Shown in pieces: positions 37,219 through 47,919 of a stretch of DNA of 64,000 nucleotides. The position numbers and the translations under genes were made by a program. Position 1 is the first letter of the stretch. Each line of letters opens with the position of its first letter. The DNA is from SAR92 clade bacterium (GTDB lineage: Bacteria; Pseudomonadota; Gammaproteobacteria; Pseudomonadales; Porticoccaceae): assembly GCA_004211905.1 (NCBI GenBank), contig SHBP01000001.1, positions 317,589 through 381,588 on the forward strand, written 5' to 3'. The notes beneath the pieces were generated by a model that was not told where the DNA came from, did not search any database, and saw only the letters and a list, made by a program, of their open reading frames with translations.

Positions 37219-39036
37219 TTGATGAAGTACCTAATAAGGTTTATTAGCGGTCTTATTTTGGTTCTGGTCGTTGTCGCAGGAGCGGCCTATGCCTATCTGG
37301 CACCAGAGAGTAAACCAGCCCCAGTAGCATCCGATAATACGCTAATTAATCTAGATACTGGTGACATTATCGGCTATCAAAATAGTCTTGGGGCGTCAGT
37401 ATGGCGAGGTATACCCTTTGCTCAACCACCAGTTGGCGATTTGCGCTGGCGTGCTCCGCGACCTCCGGCGCCTTGGCAACATCCAAGGCAGATGTTAGAG
37501 GCTGGGCCAGATTGTGCCCATCAGGCCAACAACACATCACCGGAAAAGAACCTTATCAATGGCAGCGAAGACTGCCTGTATCTCAACGTCTTTGCTCCCG
37601 AAAACGCCAAAGATCGACCGGTGATGTTTTGGATTCATGGAGGGGCTAATAACGGAGGCACAAGTAATCATCCAATGTTAGATGGTTCTCAACTGGCATC
37701 TCAATTTGATGTGGTAGTGGTAAGTATTAACTATCGCTTATCGGCTTTTGGCTGGCTGTCTCACCCTGCGCTTCGCACCAATGCCAAATTGCCCGAGGAT
37801 AAGTCTAGTAACTTTGGCACATTGGACCAGATTGCGGGGTTAAAATGGGTACAGCGAAACATTGCCCAATTTGGCGGCGATGCCAGCAGAGTCACTATTT
37901 TTGGTGAATCTGCCGGTGGATGGAATGTCATGGCACTCATGGCCTCCCCCCTGGCTACGGACTTATTTCATGGTGCTATTGTTCAGAGTGGCGGCTTGGA
38001 CATCGAGCCCACCACCAGGGCTGAAAACTTTATAGAGGATGAGGGCCACGAACACAGCTCGCGGGAATTCATCAATCAATTACTCGTAGCTGAGGGCAGA
38101 GCTACAAACAGAGAAGCTGCAAAGAAATTACAAAGCAGCATGACTGTCCATGATCTTGCTGATTATTTACGCAGCAAAACTACGACTGAGGTATTTAAAG
38201 CCTTCCGAAGTGAGACCGGTGGCAAGGTGTTTGGAAATTTGGACCTAATTGGTGACGGTATCGTTTTACCTCAGGCCGTTGCTTCAGAGCAACTCTTTGC
38301 GGATCCTGCCAATTACAACGCAGTACCGGTGATACTTGGTACCAACCGTGATGAGATGAAGTTGTTTTTAAGCTTCAGTCCCGATCAAGTAGACAAGTTT
38401 ATGGGTATACCCATCGCAATCAAAAACAGTGGGCGCTATGAGGCATTTAGCAGCTATGCCAGTGATCAGTGGAAAATTAAAGCGGTCGACCAACTGGCTA
38501 CGGTGATGCGTCAGGGGCAAGGAGATAACGTTTTTGCCTATCGTTTCGATGCGGATGATCTACGTGACTTTGGTTTTCTCAGCCTGCAAGAGCTGATGGG
38601 TGCAGCTCATGCCTTTGAGATACCCTATGTATTTGGAAACTTTGTTTCGTTCATGAGTAATCTTATCCATCCGGAGTCTGCTCGATCGGCGAGAAATGCT
38701 CTATCACAGAGCATGATGTCCTACTGGGCGTCATTTGCTCATTACGGTAAGCCCGCCAAGGGATATCATGGCAAACAGGTTGAATGGAGCACTTGGAGCA
38801 ATAATGATGAGCAAAATCGAGTAATGATCTTTGATACATCCATAGATCGCGGCATTCGAATGTCTCCAATGAAGTTGAAGATGCAAGATCTAAAGCAACG
38901 GTTTTTTAGCGAAACTCGCTTCAACGATCAGGAAGAATATTGCCAAGCTTATAAGCTTTTGTTTGCCAACGAGAACTTTGTACAATCCGAGTACGATAAC
39001 CTAGGTGATAAAGGCTGTTCTGGAGTGGGCTTATAG
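37219..39036 (+). CDS. Type-B carboxylesterase with N-terminal anchor
   Basis: GIPFAQPPVGDLRWRAP, SEDCLYLNV, WIHGG, FGESAGG, GTNRDE, GAAHAFE. Confidence 0.92.
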   Translation: MMKYLIRFISGLILVLVVVAGAAYAYLAPESKPAPVASDNTLINLDTGDIIGYQNSLGASVWRGIPFAQPPVGDLRWRAPRPPAPWQHPRQMLEAGPDCAHQANNTSPEKNLINGSEDCLYLNVFAPENAKDRPVMFWIHGGANNGGTSNHPMLDGSQLASQFDVVVVSINYRLSAFGWLSHPALRTNAKLPEDKSSNFGTLDQIAGLKWVQRNIAQFGGDASRVTIFGESAGGWNVMALMASPLATDLFHGAIVQSGGLDIEPTTRAENFIEDEGHEHSSREFINQLLVAEGRATNREAAKKLQSSMTVHDLADYLRSKTTTEVFKAFRSETGGKVFGNLDLIGDGIVLPQAVASEQLFADPANYNAVPVILGTNRDEMKLFLSFSPDQVDKFMGIPIAIKNSGRYEAFSSYASDQWKIKAVDQLATVMRQGQGDNVFAYRFDADDLRDFGFLSLQELMGAAHAFEIPYVFGNFVSFMSNLIHPESARSARNALSQSMMSYWASFAHYGKPAKGYHGKQVEWSTWSNNDEQNRVMIFDTSIDRGIRMSPMKLKMQDLKQRFFSETRFNDQEEYCQAYKLLFANENFVQSEYDNLGDKGCSGVGL

Positions 39037-39087
39037 TGTGCAGATGGAATCTGTAATCCTCAAGCCATTTAACTGCCCTAAACAAAG

Positions 39088-39119
39088 AAGCCCCGGAGCT
39101 GTATGCTCAGGGGCTTTTT
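39088..39119 (+). terminator. Intrinsic terminator of carboxylesterase gene
   Basis: AAGCCCC-G-GAGC-loop-GCTC-A-GGGGCTT followed by T-run. Confidence 0.65.
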
Positions 39120-39204
39120 AAATGGTCTTAAGAATCAATCTTTCAACGCTATGCTTCGCACTGAATTTGGCAACTCGCTCAAAAGGAAAACGAGTTAAGG
39201 CGTC

Positions 39205-39378
39205 TTAGCAAATAAAGGGCGCCATGCCTGGGGCCTTAGCAATGAGTGCACCGGTAATCAGCACCTCTTTAATGAATTTATCCTATGCCATACCAGCGAC
39301 CGGTATCACCGCTAAGAGGGCAGCCCCTGTTGCCACAAAACCCGTACCTAAATGATGGAACTTTTTATTTAAGAACAT
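39205..39378 (-). pseudogene. Remnant of a TonB-dependent receptor 5' end
   Basis: MFLNKKFHHLGTGFVATGAALLAVIPVAGMA*DKFIKEVLITGALIA...*: signal peptide, in-frame TAG at 39283-39285, then a TonB-box-like EVLITG. Confidence 0.55.
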
Positions 39379-39708
39379 CTTGATTATTGCGCACTAATTA
39401 GTGATGAAAGTAAAGGTACAACCAAATTTTTGATAATAAGACCTATTATTTTTAAACCCACCTAGTAAGTCGCTTCTATACCAGTGTTTAAAATCGATAT
39501 ATCTAATGACGTGCTATGGCAGGCTGCAGTCAAAGGCATCCCTTGCATTTAGAATGCGTGCGGTGTGAAAATCTACTTGCTCGGCGGTGAAGCAAAAGAC
39601 GCGCTAAAACAGCATAATAATTATTTAGCGTCAGTTTCTGGATGTATAAATCTCGGGATAGATCAATAAATCTAATGCCAGGACCATAATCGAAAGCAGA
39701 CACTGGAC

Positions 39709-39742
39709 AAAAAAAAGGAGGCCAAGAATAATCTTGACCTCC
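39709..39742 (-). terminator. Intrinsic terminator of TonB receptor gene
   Basis: Minus strand GGAGGTCAAGA-TTAT-TCTTGGCCTCC-T8. Confidence 0.8.
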
Positions 39743-39764
39743 CTACAAGGAACTTAGTTTATAA

Positions 39765-42131
39765 TTAGAACTGTAATCTCACTGTCACACCGTAGCTACG
39801 AGGGTCACCAGGGTAGGCATTAAAACTACCTGCCTGTATCACAGAATTGAAGAGACCGTCGGTATATTCTTCATCCGTTATGTTTTTTCCCCATAAGTTA
39901 ACGGTCCAGAAGCCGCCAGCATCACGTATCCCCACTGTGGCATTGGCAGTGACATAGCTACCTTGGTCAGCAATTGGGTTTTGCTCGCTAGTCACATTGC
40001 GTGAGCCGCGATATCTAGCTCCAAGATTGGCAAAACCTTCAACGGAGCCAAAGCTTTTCACGTAATTGATGGATGAGCTTAATGTCCAATCAGGTACACC
40101 GGATAACGGCTTTCCGCTTAGGTCTTGGACGGGCGGGAGTGGTGGAGTGGAGCCAGCGGGTCGAACGATCTGAGGTCCGCCAACATAACTCGTATATTCG
40201 TGATCTAGATACGAGCCTGCAAATGAGAGAAACAGGTTTGATGTGGGTGCATAAAGCGTGTCAAATTCGATGCCGTCAATCTGAATCTCACCGGCGTTGC
40301 CCAAAACAAAGGTGACGCCGTTGAACGCGTTGGATTGAAAGTCACGTAAGCGCTGCGAGAAGGCGGCGACGTTAACCTGTAAGTTATTGTCTAATGCACG
40401 AATTTTAGCGCCCACTTCCCATGCATCAGCAAGTTCTTTATCAAAATCTGCGCCGTTAGACCCGGACCCAACATTAAATCCACCTGCTTTATAGCCCCTT
40501 TTACCGCTGGCATATAGACTCACATCATCACTGTACTCATAAGAAATAATGAGTTCGCCAGTAGGCTCCTGTTCGCTGCGTTTTTCGGAAAAGTCCGACA
40601 CCGGCCTAAATAGCTGTACGAATCCAGCGTATGTAGGAAAGAGCGGATTTATCGCTGCTAGCATTGCCACAGCGGGATCGCTAGCGGGATCACTAAAATC
40701 AATAGCAGAATAGGGCGCATCAGTAGTCATTCGCGCGTCAATTGATTTGTCTTCTGTGGTCCAGCGCGTCCCGAGTGAGGCTGTTAACTTGTCATTAATG
40801 TGCCAGTCAAGCTTACCAAACACAGAGTGGCTAGTTGTCAGTAGACTGAATTCGCTTACTCTACCAGTACCGGAACTAATATAGGATCCAGTAGGGGCGC
40901 CCTTCAGCTGTTCAACAAGCGATACCAAGCCGAAGACCCGAGAATCAAAGAACGGGCGGGCGAATGAACCTAAGCGATTAGTCCCGCCGCTGTCTTGGTC
41001 AGCGTCGTAATAGTAGTAGCCCAATAGCCAGTCGACTTTATTTTCACCGGTAGACTGTAGCCTAAATTCTTGAGTGAACACCTGTCGGTCAAAGGTGTTT
41101 TGTAATACGCCACTCAGTTCGATGTCGATAAAATCGGCGTCAATATCATTGCTTTCCTCAAAATCTCGGAACGCTGTCAGAGAGGTAAAGGAATAGGACT
41201 CACGCTCCCAATCTAATTGTGCTGAGTATCCGCTCTGCTCCTGATCGGTTTCCATGGCTCGGTCAAACTTAATCTTGCGCGCGTAAATATCGTCTGGCAA
41301 GATTGTTGCGCCAAGGGCCGTAGTTGCGGCGGCATTGCCAGGATCATTGTAGTAAAACGGCGCACCGCAACAATCTTCTTCAATGGATGAAGTATCGGCA
41401 ATAAGGCGTATGGTCAGCTCGTCGCTGGGCTCTATCAGCAGTTGCCCGCGCAGGGCGTGGCGATTCCTATTATTTACAGCATCTCTACCTTCCTGAATAT
41501 TATCAATAAAACCGTCGCGGGTATTGCGGTTGCCGGAGACTCGGTAAGAGACGGTGTCACTAATGGGGCCAGTAATGGTGCCACGGGTTATTTTACTATT
41601 GTAACTACCAAAGGATTGCTCAAAATCAGCTCCAAACTCTCGCTGGGGTTTTTTGGTAATAATGGAGATAACACCGGCAGGGGTATTTTTACCATAAACC
41701 GAGCTCTGCGGTCCGCGCAGCACTTCTACCCGCTCAACAGCGATAAAATCATCAATAGCTGAGGCTGCCCGACTGCGGTATACACCATCGATAAACACCC
41801 CTACAGAAGGTTCTAAACCTGCGTTATTGCCTGAGGTACCTAGTCCGCGAATACTAAATGTTTGCTGTGAAGAGCTCTGGTTTTGGGTAACACTAAGAGA
41901 CGGCACTGCAAGCTCCATTTCTTGAATGTCATCAAGACTTCTTTGTTTCAGAAGCTCTCCTGAAACTACAGATACAGCTACTGGAGTATCTTGCAAAGTC
42001 GCTGTTCGCTTTTGAGCGGTTACCAACACTTCTTCCAGCCCGCGATACGTTTCCTCCTGGGCTAGGCCAGTATTAGCTGCTACTACTGCTACGGAGAGCG
42101 CGCTAATACGCACTATTTTATGCAATTTCAT
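39765..42131 (-). CDS. TonB-dependent receptor
   Basis: Signal peptide, LEEVLVTAQKR, IRGLG, ERVEVLRGPQ..YGKN..AG.I, C-terminal PRSYGVTVRLQF. Confidence 0.93.
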   Translation of the reverse strand: MKLHKIVRISALSVAVVAANTGLAQEETYRGLEEVLVTAQKRTATLQDTPVAVSVVSGELLKQRSLDDIQEMELAVPSLSVTQNQSSSQQTFSIRGLGTSGNNAGLEPSVGVFIDGVYRSRAASAIDDFIAVERVEVLRGPQSSVYGKNTPAGVISIITKKPQREFGADFEQSFGSYNSKITRGTITGPISDTVSYRVSGNRNTRDGFIDNIQEGRDAVNNRNRHALRGQLLIEPSDELTIRLIADTSSIEEDCCGAPFYYNDPGNAAATTALGATILPDDIYARKIKFDRAMETDQEQSGYSAQLDWERESYSFTSLTAFRDFEESNDIDADFIDIELSGVLQNTFDRQVFTQEFRLQSTGENKVDWLLGYYYYDADQDSGGTNRLGSFARPFFDSRVFGLVSLVEQLKGAPTGSYISSGTGRVSEFSLLTTSHSVFGKLDWHINDKLTASLGTRWTTEDKSIDARMTTDAPYSAIDFSDPASDPAVAMLAAINPLFPTYAGFVQLFRPVSDFSEKRSEQEPTGELIISYEYSDDVSLYASGKRGYKAGGFNVGSGSNGADFDKELADAWEVGAKIRALDNNLQVNVAAFSQRLRDFQSNAFNGVTFVLGNAGEIQIDGIEFDTLYAPTSNLFLSFAGSYLDHEYTSYVGGPQIVRPAGSTPPLPPVQDLSGKPLSGVPDWTLSSSINYVKSFGSVEGFANLGARYRGSRNVTSEQNPIADQGSYVTANATVGIRDAGGFWTVNLWGKNITDEEYTDGLFNSVIQAGSFNAYPGDPRSYGVTVRLQF

Positions 42132-42267
42132 AATCTTATATCCCCAATTTAGTTTTGTTAGTTGTTTATATTTAAGATATAACGAACGTTTTTGAAACGA
42201 TCATTATTGTCAACGAGCTATTGTTATCGTTGTCGTATCCGAACCCGCTTTAAGTTATAGTAATTCT

Positions 42268-42296
42268 ATAGTAATTCTTATTACAGTAATCGTCAA
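42268..42296 (-). promoter_or_regulatory. Candidate sigma70 promoter of the TonB receptor
   Basis: Minus strand TTGACG-N17-TACTAT, overlapping an 11-bp tandem repeat ATAGTAATTCT x2 (42257-42278). Confidence 0.45.
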
Positions 42297-42716
42297 TAGT
42301 ACTCCAACAGAATTAAAGTTCGATTCGAAAAATTGTAGAAAAACCTTAAACCCCTACATTTAATGGCTTAATTAGGTCACTTTAATGGCAATATTTGTAG
42401 CAATAGCCTGCCAAGAGCTAAGCACATATCGGAGTAAAGAGATTAGATCCGGTGAATTTGATAGTTTTACGATAGATTTATAAAATTCTACTAAGCATAG
42501 GGTCAATAGCTAAACGATATTGTGCGGAAAAATGACACAGAAGCAAAATCCATGACCTGCGCCTACAGAAATTTGAGTTCAGCGGCCACTCTTTACGGTG
42601 TAACCCCTGTGAAGACAGCATTGCACTAGCTTACGAGTATAGATAAACCATAAGATGGGCTGGCATAGCCCCGCAACAGCTGATAAGGTTGCTTCTCGCT
42701 ATCTAATGTTAGAGTT

Positions 42717-43373
42717 ATGAGTAAAACCGACGCGACCAAGAAAACCCGAACCCGGCTATCGCCAAAAGCCAGAAAAAATATGATTCTGGACTGTGCGGCC
42801 AAGCTTGTGGCAGGGGAAGGTGTGTCAGCAGTAACTATGGAGCGTTTAGGTTCTGAAGCAGAAATCAGTAAGGCGTTGGTGTACAACTACTTCCCCAGCG
42901 TTAAATTGCTTTTACAAACATTATTAACGCGCGAATATCGTCATCTACGTAGAGTCCAGCTGGAAGCAGCTGAAAGCGCAGAGACACTGGAGCAAATGGT
43001 CCGCCGGGTCACTAAGGTATATCTCTCCTACATCAGCGATCGCGGACTTATCATTGAACGTCTATCCCTGGAGCCCTCTGTGGCCAATAGTGGCGACCCC
43101 AACAAATATGGTCGAGGTCCAGCGGTAAACTATCTCGCCGAAATACTCTGTGACAACTTCAATATAGACATGGAAGTGGCTAGAGCTACAGTAGACATCT
43201 CCTATGGCATGCCAACCGCTGCAGGTCAATATCTTATCCATAACGACATCAACCTGCAGACGATAGAAGATATTACTGTGGCCATGATTTTGGGTAGCTA
43301 TCAGGCTATTCAGAAAAGATACGAGACCTCTCTAAAAACCCTACTCAAACGCCCTCGTAATAAAGCCGTCTAA
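42717..43373 (+). CDS. TetR/AcrR-family regulator
   Basis: RTRLSPKARKNMILDCA...VTMERLG.EA.ISKALVYNYF. Confidence 0.9.
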   Translation: MSKTDATKKTRTRLSPKARKNMILDCAAKLVAGEGVSAVTMERLGSEAEISKALVYNYFPSVKLLLQTLLTREYRHLRRVQLEAAESAETLEQMVRRVTKVYLSYISDRGLIIERLSLEPSVANSGDPNKYGRGPAVNYLAEILCDNFNIDMEVARATVDISYGMPTAAGQYLIHNDINLQTIEDITVAMILGSYQAIQKRYETSLKTLLKRPRNKAV

Positions 43374-43604
43374 ACAGGTTAGTGGCAGCTTGATACGATC
43401 TCCGATACCGTCTTAATAATCACGCAGGCAGCAGCACAATGCTATTGACCAGAAGCTGAATAAAAGCCGAGGGTTGAGGTCTTTGGAGCTATTGCAACGA
43501 TAAAAGCGGCCTTGGCAAAGACAAGAAAGCGAGCTGGGAGCATTAAAAATTCGCCTATTATTTTTGCACTGCCACTTTCGACAATCTCACTTGGCAGTGG
43601 TCAG

Positions 43605-44699
43605 CTACCTAGCGCCCCAGGCATCCAGCTTGCGCACCGAGAGACGTGACTGAGGATCAACCGCCTGACGCAGGGAAAAGATATTACCATCCAGATCTCG
43701 GCTGTAGACTTGCCAGAAATCATCCAGCTCAACAGGCTCGCTTACAAAATCTAATCCCAGACTAGTCAGACGCCGGTACTCTGCCTGAATATCTGCAACC
43801 TCGATAGAGAACGAATAGCCCAGCGCAGTCACAGCGCGCTGACCAGTAAATTCTGGCGTCTCCGGGCTGATATATTGCCAAATCTCAATCACCTTGGATG
43901 CCTGATTTAATTTAAACCAGCCACCAATTAAGTCGACATTATCTATATTTACTATATCGTCCAGTCTGGGATTATCAGCAACATGGGCGTATCTGTAGGG
44001 CTTAAACCCTAATACCATTTGATAGAACTCAATCAGCCCTTCAATATCATGGGTCGCCAAACCCACCTGAGACATCCATAGATTTCCATCCAAATCCTGC
44101 CCGCTACCGCCGTAGCCTGCGCGCTCTAATAATTTACCATCCAGCTGTTCGAGTTCAATCATGTTGCCGTCCGGATCATAGGCATAGCCATAGGTGATGC
44201 CATAGCCACCAAGATCAATTGGCTGGTCACCGCGAGATAGCGGATCTATATCCATTGCCACAAACTTGTCCCAGCCAGAGTCATAGCTAGGAGATTGAAA
44301 ACAGGTGTGAGTCATACCTGGCCCCTCGGGTGGCATATTACTCACTGGGACGTCCTGGTTACCCTCGAACTGGGTTAACTCCAACAGCATATTAGGCCCC
44401 CTAAGAACAGCTATCTCATAGGCAATATTGTCTTGGCCAAATAGCTTGCTGGTCTGCTCATTGGCGCTAACCGACTCTCGTCGCAACAATTCAAACTGAG
44501 TGGCTCCCTGATAGAACGCTAGCGCAACATCCAGATCTCTTACCGACAGCCCAATATGATTTAATCCAATGACAGTAGTGCTGGCATCGGCGACAGTTGC
44601 GGTTTTATCCACATCTACTGGGCTCGTTGGCTGCACAATCATATACAGAGCAATACCTAGAGCGGCGATTAACAGTACAGACTTGCTGACAAGGTTCAT
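43605..44699 (-). CDS. Double VOC/glyoxalase-domain protein with N-terminal TM
   Basis: NHIGLSVRDLD.AL.FY, GPGMTHTC, YAYDPDGN.IE, YSRDLDGNIFSLRQ; paralog of 26011-27039. Confidence 0.8.
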   Translation of the reverse strand: MNLVSKSVLLIAALGIALYMIVQPTSPVDVDKTATVADASTTVIGLNHIGLSVRDLDVALAFYQGATQFELLRRESVSANEQTSKLFGQDNIAYEIAVLRGPNMLLELTQFEGNQDVPVSNMPPEGPGMTHTCFQSPSYDSGWDKFVAMDIDPLSRGDQPIDLGGYGITYGYAYDPDGNMIELEQLDGKLLERAGYGGSGQDLDGNLWMSQVGLATHDIEGLIEFYQMVLGFKPYRYAHVADNPRLDDIVNIDNVDLIGGWFKLNQASKVIEIWQYISPETPEFTGQRAVTALGYSFSIEVADIQAEYRRLTSLGLDFVSEPVELDDFWQVYSRDLDGNIFSLRQAVDPQSRLSVRKLDAWGAR

Positions 44700-44723
44700 A
44701 AGGATTTCCGTAACAGTTAAGGT

Positions 44724-46640
44724 TTAATTGGGGAGAGAAAATACCAACAGCATGTTGCCTGGCATTTCAGCCCACTTGTCATAACCAGAGGTCACAAACA
44801 GCTGACCATTAGCAATGACCGGGCCGTCAGCCTCAATTGAGCCGCCTTGACCCTTCAGCCCATTGACCGCTGTGAATTCTCTATAGGTATTGTAAGTCCA
44901 GAGAGTATCGCCACTGCTGGCATCAAAGGCGCGCAGCCGCCCATCCATGCCACCGGCAAATACCAGACCAGGACTACTGCTCACTGCGGCAGAAATACCC
45001 TGAAAACAGTCAAATTTGATGTCTTCAGGACACAGAGATGGAAGGACATTACGCCACAAAAACTCCCCCGTATCTGGATCCAGCGCATGCACTCCAGGGT
45101 AGGGATCGCCTTGGTTATAGCGATTCCTAGTAGGAAGGTCAGACACCCCCACATAAAGGCGCTCACCATCGCTGCTCATACCCCAGTGCACGCCACCCAT
45201 AGTACCACCGCTACCTACTCTTTGACGCCAGAGTATTTTGCCCTGCTGATCTGGATCCATAGCATAGGTGAGCCCAGATTTTTGCCCCACTAACAAGAGA
45301 TCTCGGTTAGATTTTGAGGTCACCAAAATTGCTGAGGCGCCAATATCATAATCTGGTCCATCTTCCTCGGGACAGTTGATCATTGTGAAGCCGCAGGCAC
45401 CATTCCAGGCATCGTTGGCGGTCACCTGAGATACCCATTGCACCTCACCTGTTGTGATGTCCATGGCAATTACCGAATCACTGGTTCCTGTGGCTGGCGA
45501 CGAGTAGTTTTGTCCGGTGGTAGCATAGATAAGATTGCGCTTGGTGTCCAACGTAGGGCCAGACCAGATAGGCGCTCCCGAGGGACCAAAGCGATCTACA
45601 CCAACGGCATTTTTACCCCGGCGCTCAGGTTTATCTGTAGTGTAAGTACGCCAGGCAATACTGCCGTCCTCCAAGTTGAGTGCGACCAAGGCACCGCGGA
45701 AGGTACAGCAGGCATAGTTCGACTGAGCCGCAGGCACAACCTCCGATGATGACAAGGGCACATAGACTCTTTTACTATCAGCAGTCACCGAGCCAGTAAC
45801 GCTCGCTAGAGGATGGCTGTGAACCTTGGTTTTCCAAAGGAACGCTCCGGTCTTTGCGTTTAGTGCATAGGCATTGGCCTTGTAGTCACCAAACAATAGC
45901 CTGGCTTCCCCAGCAGCCTGATTACTCGCATCGCCCTGTAGTTTAATAGCGCCGCGAACCTCATTCTCAGCCTGAAAGGTCCAACGAATGCAGCCAGTCT
46001 GTGTATCCAAAGCGTACACAGTCCCATCCTGACTCCCTATGTAAGTCATACTTTCTGTCACGGTAGGCTGGGATCTCACCCTAGTGGAATCGGGGAAGGC
46101 GAAGGCCCATTTCAGTTCAAGGTCTTTAACGGTCTGTTTATTTAATTTGGTTTCATTTGCTTGAAAGCGCTGGCTATTGAGCTCGCCACCCCAACCTGTC
46201 CATTGGGCACTTGCTGAGGATTTGGTTTTAGCCAGAGAGCCTGCATCGCAGAAGGCATCAGACAAATCAGCTGTTTTTCGTGATGCCATTTTCCCGGTTA
46301 CATAATAAGCCACCTGCTGCATCTCGCTAGCCGAAAGAGACAGTCCGGTGGTGCTCATAACTCCACTGGTGAGCGATTTGATAATACGCTCGGGCTGATA
46401 TAGCTTTAGAGCCGCCATTTGCGGTGCCTTAGGCATAGCACCGGCATGGCAGCTGACACATCTAGCCTGATATAACTGCTTACCAAGGACATAGTCTGCA
46501 TCAATAGCCTCAATTGCAGAGTTCTCCTCGGCCACAGAGGTCGCACAGAGGATCGCAACTGAGACTCCGATCAGAAATTTAACCAAATTGGTATTTGGAA
46601 GAATATTTGAAGTAGCGTAACTGTGTTTGGGTGTGATCAT
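44724..46640 (-). CDS. PQQ-binding beta-propeller dehydrogenase with N-terminal cytochrome c (PVA-dehydrogenase-like)
   Basis: CVSCH heme motif, W.GWGG...N.RF, LKWAFAFP, CC.FRG, GA.IWS.PT.D, DGPD.D.G, GG.HWG. Confidence 0.85.
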   Translation of the reverse strand: MITPKHSYATSNILPNTNLVKFLIGVSVAILCATSVAEENSAIEAIDADYVLGKQLYQARCVSCHAGAMPKAPQMAALKLYQPERIIKSLTSGVMSTTGLSLSASEMQQVAYYVTGKMASRKTADLSDAFCDAGSLAKTKSSASAQWTGWGGELNSQRFQANETKLNKQTVKDLELKWAFAFPDSTRVRSQPTVTESMTYIGSQDGTVYALDTQTGCIRWTFQAENEVRGAIKLQGDASNQAAGEARLLFGDYKANAYALNAKTGAFLWKTKVHSHPLASVTGSVTADSKRVYVPLSSSEVVPAAQSNYACCTFRGALVALNLEDGSIAWRTYTTDKPERRGKNAVGVDRFGPSGAPIWSGPTLDTKRNLIYATTGQNYSSPATGTSDSVIAMDITTGEVQWVSQVTANDAWNGACGFTMINCPEEDGPDYDIGASAILVTSKSNRDLLLVGQKSGLTYAMDPDQQGKILWRQRVGSGGTMGGVHWGMSSDGERLYVGVSDLPTRNRYNQGDPYPGVHALDPDTGEFLWRNVLPSLCPEDIKFDCFQGISAAVSSSPGLVFAGGMDGRLRAFDASSGDTLWTYNTYREFTAVNGLKGQGGSIEADGPVIANGQLFVTSGYDKWAEMPGNMLLVFSLPN

Positions 46641-46908
46641 CTTTATACTCGTTTATCAGATGTTAACCTAACCTGATGCATTTTTCGGAGTTACTCTTAA
46701 ATCGCCTAAAAACCACCCTTGAGGGAACATAGGCGAGCGCTAGATCAAGCATAAAAAGTTCATATTAGCCAAGTTACAGGCCAATCCTTTTTACCTTAGG
46801 ACTCACAACTGTCAATACTTCTGTTTATCCTAGGGTAGCAAAACGCCTATCCTTTAGCATTTATTACGTATTTAGTCAGTAAAGCAGTTTCAACGGCTGC
46901 ATCTATTA

Positions 46909-46934
46909 TTACAATATACTTAATTTACAATATA
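46909..46934. promoter_or_regulatory. 10-bp direct repeat in divergent promoter region
   Basis: TTACAATATA at 46909 and 46925. Confidence 0.3.
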
Positions 46935-47160
46935 ATTCAATTTTACCCGCATAATTTACTTAAATATGTAAAATTTTTCCAGAAAATGGCCTAAAATCTT
47001 TGCATCTGCTGTATTCGCAGTTATTATTCAAATAGTTAATAAGAAGCTGTTTGTAGCCGCCGGGCATATTTTAAAGCAGGTCAATTACTAGCTGTCGATA
47101 GAAACTACCTAATCGGCCATAGTTAAAGGGCCTATAACCAGGATCCAAAGGAGTTGTTTA

Positions 47161-47919
47161 ATGTTTAATTTAGAAGGTCATGTAGCACTGGTCACAGGTG
47201 GAAATGGGGGAATTGGCCTGGCCTATGCCCGGGGACTTGTGAAGTCAGGCGCTGCCGTTGCTATCTGGGGTCGCAATACAGAAAAAAACCAGACCGCGGT
47301 TGATGAGCTTAGGAGCCTGGGCGGCAATGTGAAGGCTTTTGTCTGCGACGTGACCGATGAGGCTATGGTCAAGCAAATTTTTGCTGACACTCTCGATCAT
47401 TTTGGCAAAGTAGACTCCTGCTTTGCCAACGCCGGTGGTGGAGGCGAACCGGGCAGGCTACATGAAACAGATAGTGCAAACTGGAATCGAGTCATGGATA
47501 TGAACGTCACCAGCGTAGTGCACACTTTTCGTCCAGTTATCGCCCACTTAATAGAGCGCGAAGCGACAGGTAAGTTACTGGTAACTTCCTCAATCGCCGC
47601 GCTGATGGGTATGGGCTTCCAAGCGTCCTACTCAACCACCAAGGCTGCGGTGCTGGGGTTGACTCGCGCTCTGGCTGTGGAATTGGGCGCTAACGGCATT
47701 ACCGCCAATGCAATTCTACCCGGCTATGTTGAATCAGATCTTACGGCAGCCGCACCCAAAGCTTTTAAAGAGGGGTCTAAAAGGCGAGTGGCTGGTGGCC
47801 GACTGGGGACTTCTGAGGATATGGAAGGTGTTGCAGTCTTTTTGGCATCGCGTCACAGTGACTATATGACAGGCCAAACAATCGCTATAGACGGCGGACA
47901 CAGCATCTTTCCCCTGTGA
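47161..47919 (+). CDS. Short-chain dehydrogenase/reductase
   Basis: TGGNGGIG, NAG, YSTTK, N.ILPG. Confidence 0.92.
   Translation: MFNLEGHVALVTGGNGGIGLAYARGLVKSGAAVAIWGRNTEKNQTAVDELRSLGGNVKAFVCDVTDEAMVKQIFADTLDHFGKVDSCFANAGGGGEPGRLHETDSANWNRVMDMNVTSVVHTFRPVIAHLIEREATGKLLVTSSIAALMGMGFQASYSTTKAAVLGLTRALAVELGANGITANAILPGYVESDLTAAAPKAFKEGSKRRVAGGRLGTSEDMEGVAVFLASRHSDYMTGQTIAIDGGHSIFPL

Noticed and set aside
42599-42608. TGTAACCCCT matching the left half of the att palindrome
   Set aside because: 10 bp only, with no right half and no core nearby.
42626-42886. 86-aa ORF antisense to TetR
   Set aside because: Shadow of the well-supported TetR gene.
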